Shown piece after piece: positions 12,228-24,097 of a DNA stretch of 64,000 bases. Numbering within the stretch: the stretch's first letter is position 1; each line of letters opens with the position of its first letter. Under the pieces are notes generated by a model that did no database searches, was not told the DNA's origin, and saw only the letters and a program-made list of their open reading frames with translations. The DNA is from an uncultured Gammaproteobacteria bacterium (GTDB taxonomy: Bacteria; Pseudomonadota; Gammaproteobacteria; Steroidobacterales; Steroidobacteraceae): assembly GCA_963706895.1 (NCBI GenBank), contig CAVPNV010000009.1:116056-180055 (forward strand). Direction: 5' to 3'. The position numbers and the translations under genes are program-made.

Positions 12228-15200
12228 ACAGCCGGGCCTGATTGGCATACTGCACGAATGTCGGTCTGGCCAGGCGTCTTCCAGTACAGCTTGGCGACGG
12301 CGGTGCCGGCGTTGTCGTAGAACTCCATCGTGATCGGAGTAACGCTGGTTCTGCGTGAGCGCGATCGTGGCGCGTCACGTTCGTCGGTCGTGCCGTGTGA
12401 CTGGTCCAGTTGTCGATCACGAGCGCGCCGTTGATCCACAGGCGCACGCCGTCGTTGGAGCGCGTCTGGAAGCTGGAAGTTGCCGGTAGCGGTCGCTTCG
12501 ACAAGTCCGGTCCAGCGCGCCGAGAACTGGTTGCGCATTGACGCCGGTGCCCGGCGAGCCGGTCCAGCTTGAAGTTCACCGCTTCGATGCGCTGCGAGCA
12601 CATGCGCTGCCGGAAAGCGTCATGTTGTTGAAGTAGCGACCGGCGAGGCCGGTTCCGGTGCTCGGCGTCGCTGCCGCCGGGCGCGGTCGTCTCCTGGCTG
12701 CCGATCTGCGAGACGTATGCGACCAGGTTGGCGAGTTCCGCGGCAGTCACGGCTGACGCCGCTGTGTGCCTGGATGGCGTCGCCGAGCGTCGCCGCCGAG
12801 CCGCGGTGCAGGTAAGGTGCCGTCGCCCAGACGTCCCGCAACGTCGGGATGTCGATGCCCGTCAGCGGACCGCCGAGGCGATTGCCGCTGTCTGCGTTGA
12901 TCGTGCCGATGTCCTGCGGGTTGTTGCCGGCGCTCGTCGTGAAGGCGGTGCCACCGTGGCAGCTCGAGCAGTTCTTCGCGATGAAGACATTGCGACCGGC
13001 GCTGGCTGCGGCAGTCATCGAGCCGTCGGCGTTCCGCAGCGGGCTCGGCGAAAATGCCGTCGAGCGACTTCACGTAGGCGGCAAGCGCGTCGAGGTCCGG
13101 CGCTCACGCCGGCTTTCGGGTCGCCCAGCGGCTGGCTGCGCGTGCCGGTATTGAACTGGGCGTTGGTCATGAGGCCGTTGCCGCCGGCAAGGGTCCGGAT
13201 CTGCCCTTCGAAGTCCTGGACTTCGTCGAAGTTGTTGCGTCCAGTGCAGGAATCCCTGGCCGCCTGCACGGCCGTTCAGGTTCGCGGTGTTGCGCAGCCC
13301 CTCGCCGAAGCCCGTCAGGTCCCACACGCGGCCGTCCTGACCGCCATCGTTGTGGCAGGAGGCGCAGCTGAGGTAGGCGTCGCGAGCGAGCCGCGTGTCG
13401 ACGGCGTCATAGAAGAGCCGCTTGCCCTGCAGCACAGTGGCGCTCAGCTTCTCGGAAGCGAGTGTCGCCGCGTTGGTGATGAGCGGCAGGCCCGCGATGC
13501 CTTCGGTCTGGAGCTGCGTCGAGGTCGAACACGCCGACCGTGCGCTCCATGAAATTGTTGACGTACAAGCGGTCGCCGCTGGCCGAGACGCGCGAGGCCC
13601 TGCGGTGCGCGACCGACGTTGATGCGGACCGACCTGGAAGCCGGCGTGCGCGTCGATGACCGCCACCTGGCGGCTCGTCTCGAGCGCAACGAACATGTAG
13701 ACGCCGAGCCGGTCGAACGCGATCGCGCTCGCGACGCCGGAATTGTCGTGATCGATGCGCCGCGGGTAATCCTCGGAGCCCGCGTCGAGATCGACACGGG
13801 AGCTGATGGCCCGGACGGTGTTCTGGAAGTTGAGCGGCTGATCCATCGCGGCGCATGCCGCGCTTGACGTTGTCCTGCTTCGACGGAACCCAGGCCGAGC
13901 GTCCGTCCGGCGAGATCGCCACGGCGCCCAGGTAGTTTGGAATGCCGCGGCCCTGATTCTCGAAATCCGGCTTGTCGCTGTGGCGCAGCACGATGGTCTG
14001 CAACACGCGCAAGGCCGGCGCCGTCGACGACCACGATTTCGCCGCCAGCATGCTGTCCGCCCGGCTGGGTCTGCACGACGGCCGTGCTCTCGCCCGGCAG
14101 TGGCGGCGTGACGAAACGCGACACGTAGAGCCGGCTGCCGTCACCCGACATCGAGAGGTGGCGGACATTGGGCCCGACATTGATGCTGGCGAGCGTATTC
14201 CCGGTCGCGACGTCGATCTTGAGGACGCGGCCGGTGCCTTCCAGCGCGACGAACATCGCATTGCCCGTGGGCGCCGCGATGATGCCGTACGGCTGCGAGG
14301 CGAACGGCAGGCCGATCGTGCGGCTCACCGCGAGGGTCGTCGGGTTGATCACGCTGATCGACGCCGCACCCTTGTTGGTGACCCAGATCTCGCCGTTCGG
14401 GGCGACGGCAACGGAGCGCGGCGCCGTGCCGACGGTGATGATCGCAAGCCTCGCGTTGGTGCTTGCGTTGAAGACGCTGACCGACTTCTGGTCCTGGTTG
14501 ACGACCCAGAAGCGGTCGACGCCTGCTCGCGCGATCCTCGAAGACGATGTTGCCGGAAATCGCCGGCCGGTTCGGCGTGAGCGGCAGGTGAATTGCCTGC
14601 ACGATGGTCCTCGAATCGATCGCTCCGCCCGCGTCCCGCACATGGACAGTCACGTAGTAGATGCCCGGCTGCGCGAACTGGTGCGTGATCGTCCCCGACG
14701 AGGAGAACGACGTGAGCGGCGTGCCGTCGTCAAAATCCCACTGGTACTGGACGCCGACGCCACCCGTGACGCTCGCCTCGAACGTGACGGTTGAGCCTGC
14801 GACCGCAGGCGGCGGGGGCGGAGGGGTGTTCAGCACGAATGGCGGACCAGCGGCGATGCTCCAGGTAAAGCTCTCGCTGTCGCTGTTGACGCCGTCGCTC
14901 GCAGTCGCGATGACATTGAACGTGCCCGAGGCCGTCGGTGTGCCGCTGATCGCGCCCGTCGAAGGGTTGACAGACACTCCGGAGGGCAGGCCGCTGGCGC
15001 TGAAAATCAGGGTATCGCCATTGGGATCCGTGGCGGACAGCTGCACGATGGCGGCTGTTCCTGCCTGGCCGGACTGGCTTCCGGGATTGGCGAGGTTCGG
15101 TGTGATCGCCGGATTGGGGTTTGCAGCGACTCCCACCTTGGCGATCTTCGCGATCGACGGCGTGCCGGCCGCATTGAGGACGAACAGCAGGTAGTAGCCG

Positions 15201-16593
15201 GGAGGCGCATCGCCGGCCCTGGTCGGCGCCTGGATGTTCAATTGGCCGCCGTTCTGCTGGAAGGTCAGCTCGATGAAGCGCTGCTCGGTGTTCCAGCTGT
15301 GCGAAACCGACGCCGTCTTGATCATTGCGACGCGGCTGATCGCGCCGGTCCCCGCAATGTCGATGCCGAAAGTCTCGCCGATGTCGATCGTTCCCGGTGC
15401 GGTTTCGATGACTGGACGCGTGGCGAACCCGCCGGCGGCGTTGTAAAGGTACGGCGGGTAGTAGATCTCCATGTTGGTGTTGTTCTGCGGCCCGGGCGCG
15501 CCGCCGCCGGCGACCAGGACGCTCGCGTCCGGCATCAGCACGGCCGTCGAGTGGTAGAGGCGCGCCTTCGCCTGCGGCGGGCCGAGCAGCCACTGGCCGG
15601 TCGTCGGGTTCCAGATTTCGGCGTTGTAATTGACGCCGGTCATCTCGTTCCAGACCGTGCTGCCGCCGGTCGCGAGGACCCGGCCGTCGGCGAGCACGGT
15701 CGCCGTGACGAGCCTGCGCTGCGACGAGAGTGAGCCGGTGTTCGTGACGACCGGCGTGCCGCTCGTGATGTCGATCACGCGCGCGGTGCTCGCGTTGCCG
15801 CCGAACTGCAGGATGCGGCCCGGCCGGAACATCGCGGCGCTGGAATCGGATCCCGTGGGGCCGGTGAACTGGCTGGCCAATCGTCAGCGGAGCCTGATGC
15901 CGCTGGTGTCGACGTAGTACATCCGCCCGTCGCTGTCGAAGCCGAACACGCGGCCGTCCGGCGCGACGAAGTTGCGCGGGAACATGAAATCAAGGCCGCT
16001 CGTGTTCGCGCCGGTCAGGAGCCGGAACGCGCCATTGACGCCGCGAACTTCCGGCCGGTCCGTGCCGCCGGAGCCGCCCTGGATGTAGATCTCGCCATTC
16101 GGCAGCGCGATGGACGAGGAGTACCAGCGCGCCCGGTTCATGTTGTTGTTGTCGGATCAGCGTGTTGTTCGTGTAGTTGAACAGTGTTGCTGTTGTTGTT
16201 GCCGGTGTTCGTCGTGCCGGTGCCGGTCCAGTTGTCGCCGCCGGCGATGAATACCTGGTTGCCCTGCGGCACCACGACCTGCGAGCTGCAGAAGATGTCC
16301 GTGCCCGTGTTGTTGGGCAGCGTCGGTGGCCTGCATCGAGGCCGGCCGACGGATCCCAGACGTCGTAGATGAAGATCGCGGTCTGCTGGCCCGATGCCGT
16401 CGTGCCGTAGCTCAGCACGCGCCCGTCCGGCATCAGCACGGCGTGCACCGCGATGAGCGGCCAGGAATGGACCGGTGGACCAGGCGCCGACAGTGTTGTT
16501 TGCGGCAGCGGGGACGGTGGTCGCCAGAAGGGCGGCAGAAAGCGAAACTTGAATCAAAACTTTACGAATGCACCGAACTGCGCTGCTGCGCAC
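12217..16593 (-). CDS. Secreted multidomain protein of about 1450 aa: copper radical oxidase (galactose/glyoxal oxidase type, with a DUF1929-like Ig domain) + Ig-like + PKD + YVTN-type beta-propeller + di-haem cytochrome c peroxidase/MauG-like + PA14. At least 12 frame shifts.
   Basis: GTG start at 16593 with GAGGGG upstream and signal peptide RSSAVRCIRKVLIQVSLSAALLATTVPAAA. Oxidase: DIFCSSQVVVPQGNQVFIAGGD, ARWYSSSIALPNGEIYIQGG, RLYHSTAVLMPDASVLVAGGG, ASVSHSWNTEQRF, PPGYYLLFVLNAAGTPS. PKD: QYQWDFDDGTP...GIYYVTVHVRD. Propeller: FWVVNQDQKSVSVFNAS. Haems: LSCASCHNDGGQDGRVWD and NCSSCHGG...TAPYLHRGSAATL. PA14: NDGVRLWINGALVIDNW, ITMEFYDNAGTAVAKLYWKTPG. Confidence 0.75.
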
Positions 16594-16878
16594 TAACCAT
16601 CCCCTCGATCGTTCTTCGTTTCGAATCGCGCGGCACACGGGCTGCCGGCGTCCTTTGTGCCGCGAGAATATCGCGCACGCCGGATGCGCATTACGCAAGT
16701 TGACATAATGGCCACCCGCGCCCGTAGAATTGTGACGCAGCTATCAACCGGCGCGAAGAGGCCCAGTCGGCCGGCCATGGCGCGCCGCGCAAGCCGCGGC
16801 GGCAGGTCGCGACGGAGCCTGTGCCATAATCGCGCGCCCCAAACGGGCCGGCCCTGCCGGCCCCCTCAGAGGAAGGAC

Positions 16879-17209
16879 ATGGACCTTTTGATCACGCCCG
16901 CCTGGGCCCAGGCCGCCACAGGATCAACGGGCAGCACGCTCACGACCATCCTGCCGCTCCTGCTTATTTTCGTCGTCTTCTATTTCCTGCTCATCCGGCC
17001 GCAGACAAAGCGCGCCAAGGAGCACCGTGAGATGGTCGCCAAGCTGGCCACCGGCGACGAAGTCGTGACGAACGGCGGCGTGCTGGGGCGAATCAGCGAG
17101 GTCGGCGAGCAGCTTCGTCACGCTCCAGGTTTCCTCCGGCGTCGCGATCCAGGTGCAGAAGTTCCAGATCGCGCAATTGATGCCCAAGGGCACGTTCAAG
17201 GGCGCCTGA
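16879..17209 (+). CDS. yajC: Preprotein translocase subunit YajC. One frame shift near 17113.
   Basis: MDLLITPAWA...ILPLLLIFVVFYFLLIRPQTKRAKEHREMVAKLATGDEVVTNGGVLGRISEVGEQ. Removing one base gives FVTLQVSSGVAIQVQKFQIAQLMPKGTFKGA*. Immediately upstream of secD. Confidence 0.85.
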
Positions 17210-17228
17210 GCGCCCACCCAGGCCAGAC

Positions 17229-19076
17229 GTGCAGCGATATCCCCTCTGGAAGGGCGCCTTGCTGGCGGCCCTGATGGTCGCAGCGATCCTGTTCGCCCTG
17301 CCGAACTGGTACGGCGAATCGCCGGCACTGCAGCTTTCGCGCCGCGATCGCGGCGCCTTCGATTCTGCTGCCGCGACGGCTGTCGGCGACGCGTTGAAAG
17401 AGGCCGGGATCCCGGTCGCGGAAGTCTATGTCGACGGTGACAACCGCCTCTGGGCGCGATTTGCGAAAGTCGACGACCAGCTCCGGGCGCGCGACCTCAT
17501 CCAGCGTCAGTTCGAAGGACAGTACGCAATCGCGCTCACGAATGCCTCGCGCGCGCCGGACTGGCTGAACTCGCTCGGGCTCGAGCCCATGAGCCTCGGT
17601 CTCGACCTGCGCGGCGGCATGCTGCTTGTCTACGAGGTGGACACCGAAGGTGCAGTCGCCCAGCTCCTGCAACGGTTGGAGCGCGATTTCCGGAAGGTAC
17701 TCCGTGACGCCCGCATTCCCTACCAGGAGGTCGAGGTGTCCGGGAATTCCGTGCGCGTGACGCTGCGCGAACCGGCGCAAACAGATGCGGCGCGCAAGGC
17801 GCTCCTCGACTACGACCCGCAGCTGACCCTCGCGCCCGAAACGACCCCGGGTACGCTGATCGCGACCCTGACCGAGGCGGCCGTCAAAGATCGCCAGGCG
17901 TTCGCCATACAGCAGAACATCACGGCGCTCGAGAATCGCGTGAACGCGCTCGGCGTGGCGGAAACTGTCGTGCAGCGGCAGGGCCAGAATCGCATCGCGG
18001 TGCAGGTGCCCGGCGTGCAGGACGCCTCCGAGGTCGTGCGGCTCCTCGGCAAGGTGGCGACGCTCGAGTTCCGGCTCGTCGACCCGGTCAACAGTCCGCT
18101 GGAGGCCGCGCGCACCGGCCGGGCACCCCTCGGGACGAAGCTGTTCAAGCAGCGCGACGGCTCGCCGGTGCTGCTGAAGCGGGACGTCATCGCGACCGGC
18201 GAACAGCTGATCGATGCATCCTTCGCACCTTCGCAGGGCGAGCCTTCCGTGAGCGTCAAGCTCGACAGCCGCGGCGGTGACGAGATGCTCCGGACGACGC
18301 GCGAGAACCTGAACAGGCCGATGGCAGTCGTCTTCATCGAAAAGGAGCGCGAGCTCGTCCAGCGCGATGGACAGGAAGTTGCCGTCGACCGGTCGAAGGA
18401 GGAAGTCATCAGCGTCGCGACGATCCGCGGCGTGTTCTCGAACAACTTCCAGATCACCGGGCTCTCTGCGGCGGAGGGTACCGAGCTCGCCAAGCTTCTG
18501 CGCGCGGGCGCGCTGGCGGCGCCGATCATCATCGTCGAGCAGCGCGTGATCGGTCCGAGCGTCGGCGAGGACAACATCAGGGACGGAACGCGGGCACTCG
18601 CCATCGCAGGCGTCTTCCTGTTCGCCTTCATGATCCTCTACTACAAGGTGTTCGGGTTGATCGCCGACATCGTGCTGCTGACCAACGTGATCATCATCAT
18701 CGCCGTCCTGGGCATGTTCGACGCTGCGCTCACGCTGCCGGGTATCGCGGGCATCGTGCTGACGGTCGGTACGGCGGTCGATGCGAACATCCTGATCTAC
18801 GAGCGGATACGCGAGGAAATCGCGGTGGGCGCCTCGCCCTGGGCCGCGATCAACGCCGGATTCGACAAGGCGTTCTCCGCAATCGCGGACTCCAACGTCA
18901 CCATGCTGATGGCCGGTGGCGTGCTGTTCCTGTTTGGCTCCGGTCCCGTGCGCGGCTTCGCGGTGACGCTGTGCATCGGCATCGTGGCCTCGATGTTCAC
19001 GGCGCTGGTCGGCAGCCGGGCGTTGATCTACCTGGCCTACGGGCGTCGCCGCCGCATCGAGCGGCTGGCGATCTGA
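17229..19076 (+). CDS. secD: Protein translocase subunit SecD, intact.
   Basis: Uninterrupted 615-aa ORF. N-terminal TM, large periplasmic domain, C-terminal 5-TM SecD/F block (VIGPSVGEDNIRDG...IAGIVLTVGTAVDANILIYERIREE). Confidence 0.95.
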   Translation: MQRYPLWKGALLAALMVAAILFALPNWYGESPALQLSRRDRGAFDSAAATAVGDALKEAGIPVAEVYVDGDNRLWARFAKVDDQLRARDLIQRQFEGQYAIALTNASRAPDWLNSLGLEPMSLGLDLRGGMLLVYEVDTEGAVAQLLQRLERDFRKVLRDARIPYQEVEVSGNSVRVTLREPAQTDAARKALLDYDPQLTLAPETTPGTLIATLTEAAVKDRQAFAIQQNITALENRVNALGVAETVVQRQGQNRIAVQVPGVQDASEVVRLLGKVATLEFRLVDPVNSPLEAARTGRAPLGTKLFKQRDGSPVLLKRDVIATGEQLIDASFAPSQGEPSVSVKLDSRGGDEMLRTTRENLNRPMAVVFIEKERELVQRDGQEVAVDRSKEEVISVATIRGVFSNNFQITGLSAAEGTELAKLLRAGALAAPIIIVEQRVIGPSVGEDNIRDGTRALAIAGVFLFAFMILYYKVFGLIADIVLLTNVIIIIAVLGMFDAALTLPGIAGIVLTVGTAVDANILIYERIREEIAVGASPWAAINAGFDKAFSAIADSNVTMLMAGGVLFLFGSGPVRGFAVTLCIGIVASMFTALVGSRALIYLAYGRRRRIERLAI

Positions 19077-19083
19077 GGGCCCG

Positions 19084-20017
19084 ATGGAATTCCTCAAGCA
19101 CGTCCCCTCGATCCGCTTCATGGCGCTCCGGCGCTACTGGTACGTCCTGTCGGCGCTCGTCGTGCTCGCATCGATCGTGCTCGTGATGGTGCGCGGCCTC
19201 AACCTGACCGTCGACTTCACCGGCGGACTGGTATTCGAACTCGGGTTTTCGCAGCCGGTCGATCTGGAGCGCGTGCGCTCGGCACTGCGCGACGGCGGCG
19301 TCGAGGACTTCCAGGTCCGGACCTACGGAACGGCGAGCGAGCTCGAGGTGCGCCTGCCTCCCGCGGAAACCGGGAGCCGCCGCGGACGATGCGGACCGCG
19401 TTGTCAAGGCACTCGCGACGATCGACCCGGCGGTGAAGCTCAACCGGACCGAATCGGTGGGGCCGCAGGTCAGTCAGCAGCTCGGCGAGCAGGCGGCGCT
19501 TGCCGTGCTGATGACACTGCTCCTCGTCCTGGTCTACATCGCGCTGCGCTTCCGCTGGAGATTCGGCGTCGGCTCGCTGGTGGCGTCGCTTCATGACCCG
19601 ATCGTCGCAGTCGGGGCCATCGCGCTGCTCGGCATCCCGTTCGACCTCAACGTGGTCGCGGCGCTGCTGACGATCCTCGGTTACTCAGTCAACGACACCG
19701 TCGTGATCTTCGACCGTATCCGCGAGCGATTCAGGACGATGCGCAAGGCGGCGCCGGCGGAAGTGATCGACCGCGCCATCAACGAAACGCTTGGCCGAAC
19801 GATCATCGTCTCGGGCTGTGCGCTGTCCTCGGTGATCTTCCTCGCCGTGCTCGGCGGCGAGACGCTTCGCGGGTTCGCGGTCGCGCTGGCGATCGGCATC
19901 GTGATCGGCACCTACTCGTCGGTCTACGTCGCGGGCGCCATCGCGCTCGACCTCGGCGCATCGGCCCGGGACTTCATGCCGCCGGAGAAGCGCGGCGAAG
20001 TCGACGAGCTGCCCTGA
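19084..20017 (+). CDS. secF: Protein translocase subunit SecF. One frame shift near 19380-19430.
   Basis: ORF 19084..19596 (FMALRRYWYVLSALVVLASI...GLNLTVDFTGG) joins ORF 19433..20017 (ESVGPQVSQQLGEQA...LGYSVNDTVVIFDRIRE). Confidence 0.9.
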
Positions 20018-20038
20018 GGACTGATTGATGGAGCGCCC

Positions 20039-20802
20039 GTGATCGAGCTGCTTTCCGATCCCGCAGTCTGGGTCTCGTTCCTGACGCTGGCCCTCCTCGA
20101 GATCGTGCTCGGCATCGACAACATCATCTTCCTGTCGATCCTGGTCTCGAGGCTTCCAGCGGAACTTCAGCAACGCGGCCGCGTTCTTGGCCTCGCGTTC
20201 GCGATGGTCACGCGCATCGGCCTGCTGTTTTCGATTACCTGGCTGACCCGGCTCACGGCCCCGCTGTTCGCGGTCTTCGGGGAGGAAATTTCCGGGCGCG
20301 ACCTCATCCTGTTCGCCGGCGGCCTGTTCCTCCTGGTCAAGAGCGTCAACGAGATCCACGGCGCGCTCGAGGGCGCGGAATCTCACGGCACGAACGTCAA
20401 GCTGCGGTCGAACATCCTTGCCGTCGTCATCCAGATCGGCCTGATCGACATCGTGTTCTCGCTCGACTCGGTCTTTACGGCCGTCGGACTCGCAGAGCAC
20501 GTCGAGATCATGGTCGCGGCGATCGTCGTGGCAGTGCTGGTCATGATGTTCCTCGCGCGGCCGCTCAATGAGTTCATCGACCGGCATCCGACCATCAAGA
20601 TGCTGGCGCTCTCGTTCCTGATCCTCATCGGCCTCGCGCTGGTCGGCGAATCCCTGGAATTCCACATTCCGAGGGGCTACCTCTACTTCGCGATGGCGTT
20701 CTCGGTCGGAGTCGAGATGATCAACATCCGCCTGCGCAAGCGCGGGCAGCCGGTCGACCTGCGCGGCCCCGAATTCCCGCGCGAGAAACCGACAAGCGTT
20801 GA
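20039..20802 (+). CDS. TerC-family integral membrane protein. The true 3' end is uncertain; as given, the ORF reads on to 21109.
   Basis: LLEIVLGIDNIIFLSILV and multiple TM helices up to YLYFAMAFSVGVEMINIRLRKRG. The remaining ~100 codons are Arg/Ala-rich and antisense to the permease 3' end. A TGA at 20800-20802 becomes in-frame after a one-base shift. Confidence 0.65.
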
Positions 20803-20892
20803 ATTGCCGGCGCACGGTCGTGCCGGGCGGGCTCCGCTCGCGCGCCGGAACTTCGCTCGCTCGCCACCGCCCGTCCGAGCGTGCGAGTCGGT

Positions 20893-20916
20893 CCGCCGCG
20901 CGCGGCAGCGCGGCGG
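20893..20916. terminator. Perfect 9-bp GC hairpin between the convergent TerC-family and permease genes; possible bidirectional terminator.
   Basis: CCGCCGCGC-gcggca-GCGCGGCGG. No U-tract, so a function as an intrinsic terminator is speculative. Confidence 0.3.
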
Positions 20917-20950
20917 GTCCGCGCGAGCGAAGGTCGGCTACCCGAGCGCG

Positions 20951-22458
20951 TTATCGCGCCTGGGCGCAAGCGGATTGCGCGACTCGGCTACGGTTACTGT
21001 TCAGCTTGCTGTGACGGCGGCTGTAGCCGAAGTAGATCGCGAAGCCGATCAGCGAGCCAGACCGATCATCCAGTGCCAGTTGGCCATGAACGCCGGGAAG
21101 AACAGGTAGAGGCAGGCCGCGGCGCCGAGGATGCAGACCACGGGAGCCGCAGGCACGCGGAACGCGCGGTGCAGGTCGGGCCGCGTGCGGCGCAGGATGA
21201 GCACACCGATGCAGACCGTCGCAAACGCCAGCAGCGTGCCCATCGACACCAGGTCGCCGAGCACGCCGATCGGCAAGCAGGCCCGCGAGGATCAGCGGCG
21301 GTCACGCCGACGATTACTGTGCCGACGTGCGGCGTGCGGTATTCAGGATGGATGCGGCCGAACAGCGGCGGGAGCAGACCGTCGCGCGACATCGAATAGA
21401 AGATCCGCGGCTGGCCGAGCGTCATCACGAGGATCACGGAGGTCAGGCCCGCGATCGCGCCGATCTCGACGATGGACTTGAGCCACAGCAGGCTCGGGTA
21501 CATCTCGAGGGCGGTGGCGACCGGGCGCGGCGTGCCGAGCAGCGTGTACGGCATGATGCCCGTCATCACCGCAGACATCGCGATGTAGATGAGCGTGCAG
21601 ATCGAAGAGCGATCCGAGGATTCCGATCGGCATGTCGCGCTGCGGGTTCTTCGCCTCCTGTGCCGCGGTCGAGACCGCGTCGAAGCCGATGTAGGCGAAG
21701 AACACGACGCTCGCGCCGCGCACCACGCCGTCGAAGCCGAAGCGACCCGGGCCTTCCGGCTCCGGGATGAACGGCGTCCAGTTGTCGGGATTCACGTACT
21801 GCAGCGTGACCGCCATGAAGAGCAGGATGACGCCGACCTTGATCAGCACGATGACCGCGTTGACCGTCGCGGATTGCGTGATGCCGCGATAGCAAAGCGC
21901 GGCCACGGCGATGACGATCGCGACCGCCGGCAGGTTGATCAGCGCGCCGGTCGGCACGGGACGCCCGTTGACGACTGTCAACGGCGCATTGGTCAACGCT
22001 TCCGGCAGGGCGAGCGTGACGCCGAAGCGCGCTGCCGATCGATTCGAGCAGCCCGACGAAATAGCCGGACCAGCCGACCGCGACGGTTGCCGCCGCGAAC
22101 GTGTATTCGAGTATCAGCATCCAGCCGATGAACCATGCGACCAGCTTCGCCGAGCGTCGCGTAGGCATAGGAATAGGCGCTGCCCGAGACCGGCAGCATG
22201 GCCGCGAATTCCGCGTAACAGAGACCCGCGAAGGCGCAGGCAGATGCCTGCCATCACGAAGCTGAGGATGATCGCGGGCCCGGCGTAGTTCGCCGCGGCA
22301 TTGCCGGTCATCACGAAGATGCCGGCGCCGATCACCGCGCCGATTCCGAGCATGACGAGGTGACGCGCGGTCAGCACGCGCTTCAGCGTGTGCTCGCCCG
22401 CCATTGCGGTTTCGGCTTCTATTGCGGTCGCGACGTGCTGGGTGCGAAACAGGCTCAT
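20951..22458 (-). CDS. APC-superfamily amino acid permease (cationic amino acid transporter-like). At least 6 frame shifts.
   Basis: N-terminus in ORF 22114..22458 (LVMLGIGAVIGAGIFVMTG). Then MLPVSGSAYSYAYATLGE, KLVAWFIGWMLILEYTFAAATVAVGWSGY, FFAYIGFDAVSTAAQEAKNPQRDMPIGI, MSRDGLLPPLFGRIHPEYRTPH. C-terminus LIGFAIYFGYSRRHSKL read by eye. Confidence 0.8.
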
Positions 22459-22532
22459 GCGGGTTCCCCCGTGCGAAAACCGTGTCGGACTCTAACCCAG
22501 CCCTGCCATGATTGCGAGCAGGGTCCTCTGCG

Positions 22533-23330
22533 TCATTTGCGAAGCTCTTCGTCGAGGAATGGTCCGAACATTTCGGCGAGCGCCGCGAACACGCGCGGCG
22601 TTCCGGCGAGGAGGTTGCCGCCATCGTGGTACTCGCCGCCGGCCAGGTTGCCGATTCGGCCACCCGCTTCGGTGATGAGCAGGTTGCCGGCGGCCGTGTC
22701 CCAGGGCGACAGGCCGACTTCCCAGAATCCGTCGAGACGCCCCGCCGCGACGTACGCGAGATCGAGCGACGCTGCGCCCGGCCGCCGCACGCCGGCGGTG
22801 GCGTCCATCACGCTCTCGAGCATCGCGAGATATGGCTTCAGCCAGCGGCGATTCTCGCGGAACGGGAAGCCCGTGCCGATGAGCGCGCCATCGAGCCCCG
22901 TCCGTTGCGAGACCCGCAGCCGCCTGCCGTCGAGCTGCGTGCCCGCCCCGCGCTCGGCCGTGAACAGTTCGCCGCGCAATGGGTCGAACACGACGGCGAC
23001 TTCGGCGCGGCCGCGATGGCGGCAGGCGACCGAGACGGCAAACTGCGGAAAGCCGTGCAGGAAATTGGTGGTCCCGTCGAGCGGATCGATGACCCAGGTG
23101 TAATCGTCGCCGCGCTGCTCGCCGCTTTCCTCGGCCAGGAAGCCGTGCGCGGGGTAAGCCTTGCGGATGGTCGCGATCAGGACCTGCTCGGCCGCGCGGT
23201 CGACTTCGCTGACGAAGTCATTGCGGCCCTTTTCGCTGACGGTCAGCGCGCCGACGCGATCGAGGCTTCGCACGATGACTTCGCCGGCGCGCCGCGCGGC
23301 GCCGATCGCGATGTTGAGCAATGGATGCAT
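22533..23330 (-). CDS. suhB: Inositol-1-monophosphatase SuhB, intact.
   Basis: 265-aa ORF. MHPLLNIAIGAARRAG, FLAEESG, WVIDPLDGTTNFLHG and WDTAAG motifs. Confidence 0.9.
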   Translation of the reverse strand: MHPLLNIAIGAARRAGEVIVRSLDRVGALTVSEKGRNDFVSEVDRAAEQVLIATIRKAYPAHGFLAEESGEQRGDDYTWVIDPLDGTTNFLHGFPQFAVSVACRHRGRAEVAVVFDPLRGELFTAERGAGTQLDGRRLRVSQRTGLDGALIGTGFPFRENRRWLKPYLAMLESVMDATAGVRRPGAASLDLAYVAAGRLDGFWEVGLSPWDTAAGNLLITEAGGRIGNLAGGEYHDGGNLLAGTPRVFAALAEMFGPFLDEELRK

Positions 23331-23364
23331 GACCTAGAATAGCAGCAACCCTCCCGGAACCGCG

Positions 23365-24092
23365 ATGTCCTCCGCCATCCGAATCGTTCTCGTCGACACC
23401 AGCCATCCCGGAAACATCGGCGCGAGCGCGCGCGCGATGAAGAACATGGGGCTCGAGTCGCTCGTTCTCGTCCGGCCGCAGTCGTACCCGGATCCCGAGG
23501 CGACAGCGCGCGCATCCGGCGCGGCGGATGTCCTCGCGCGGGCACGCGTCGTGGCAACGGTCGACGAGGCAATCGGCGACTGCGGCCTCGTGGTCGGAAC
23601 GACGGCGCGCGCGCGCAGCGCGAACTGGCGCGTGGTCGACTCGCGGGACGGCGCGGGCGAGCTGGCTGCTGCGACGGATTCGCGACCGGCCGCGGTGCTG
23701 TTCGGAGGAGAGAGGAACGGGCTCGCGAACGAGGATCTCGCGCGATGCCAGGCGCTGATCCGCATTCCGTCGTCTGCCGGCTACGAGTCCCTGAATCTCG
23801 CGCAGGCCGTGCAGATCGTCTGCTACGAGGTCCTGCTGGCGACGCGACGCCTGGCGATTGACCCTGCCGGGTCCGCCGAATGCGCGGCGACCGCGGACGA
23901 GATGCTCGCCCTCGAACGCCCATCTCGAGCGCGTGATGCGCGCGACGGGATTCATGCACGAAGGCAATGCCGGGCAGCTCGGCGAGCGCGTGCGGCGCCT
24001 GGTGGCCCGCGCGCTCGCCCGACGACGGCGAAGTACGGATCCTGCGCGGCTGGCTTGCCGCCATCGAACGCCGGCTGCGGCCGGGCAGCTGA
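23365..24092 (+). CDS. trmJ: tRNA (cytidine/uridine-2'-O)-methyltransferase TrmJ (SpoU/TrmH family). About 2 frame shifts in the C-terminal third.
   Basis: IRIVLVDTSHPGNIGASARAMKNMG, FGGERNGL, YESLNLAQAVQIVCYE. The C-terminal extension ...HLERVMRATGFMHEGNAGQL... and the end ...RILRGWLAAIERRLRPGS* lie in other frames. Confidence 0.8.
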
Positions 24093-24097
24093 TCGCG

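Noticed and set aside
16700-16730. A sigma-70-like promoter, TTGACA (16700-16705) ... TAGAAT (16725-16730), upstream of yajC.
   Set aside because: The spacer is 19 nt, longer than the usual 16-18. The element lies about 150 nt from the yajC start, and a single hexamer match in a 285-nt gap is weak evidence. It is possible but not supportable as a feature.
17196-19121. A 641-aa ORF on the minus strand, antisense to the whole of secD.
   Set aside because: Its composition is Arg/Asp/His/Gly-rich with no recognisable motif. It overlaps an intact, strongly recognisable secD on the other strand. Long stop-free antisense frames are expected in GC-rich DNA. The same reasoning applies to 4479..5591, 19685..20815, 27452..28657, 22360..23342, 23243..24724 and similar track entries.
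20803-21109. A C-terminal extension of about 100 aa on the TerC-family ORF.
   Set aside because: The extension is an Arg/Ala-rich tail, antisense to the permease 3' end, and runs across a GC hairpin at 20893-20916. It is most likely read-through caused by a lost stop or frame shift rather than a real domain.
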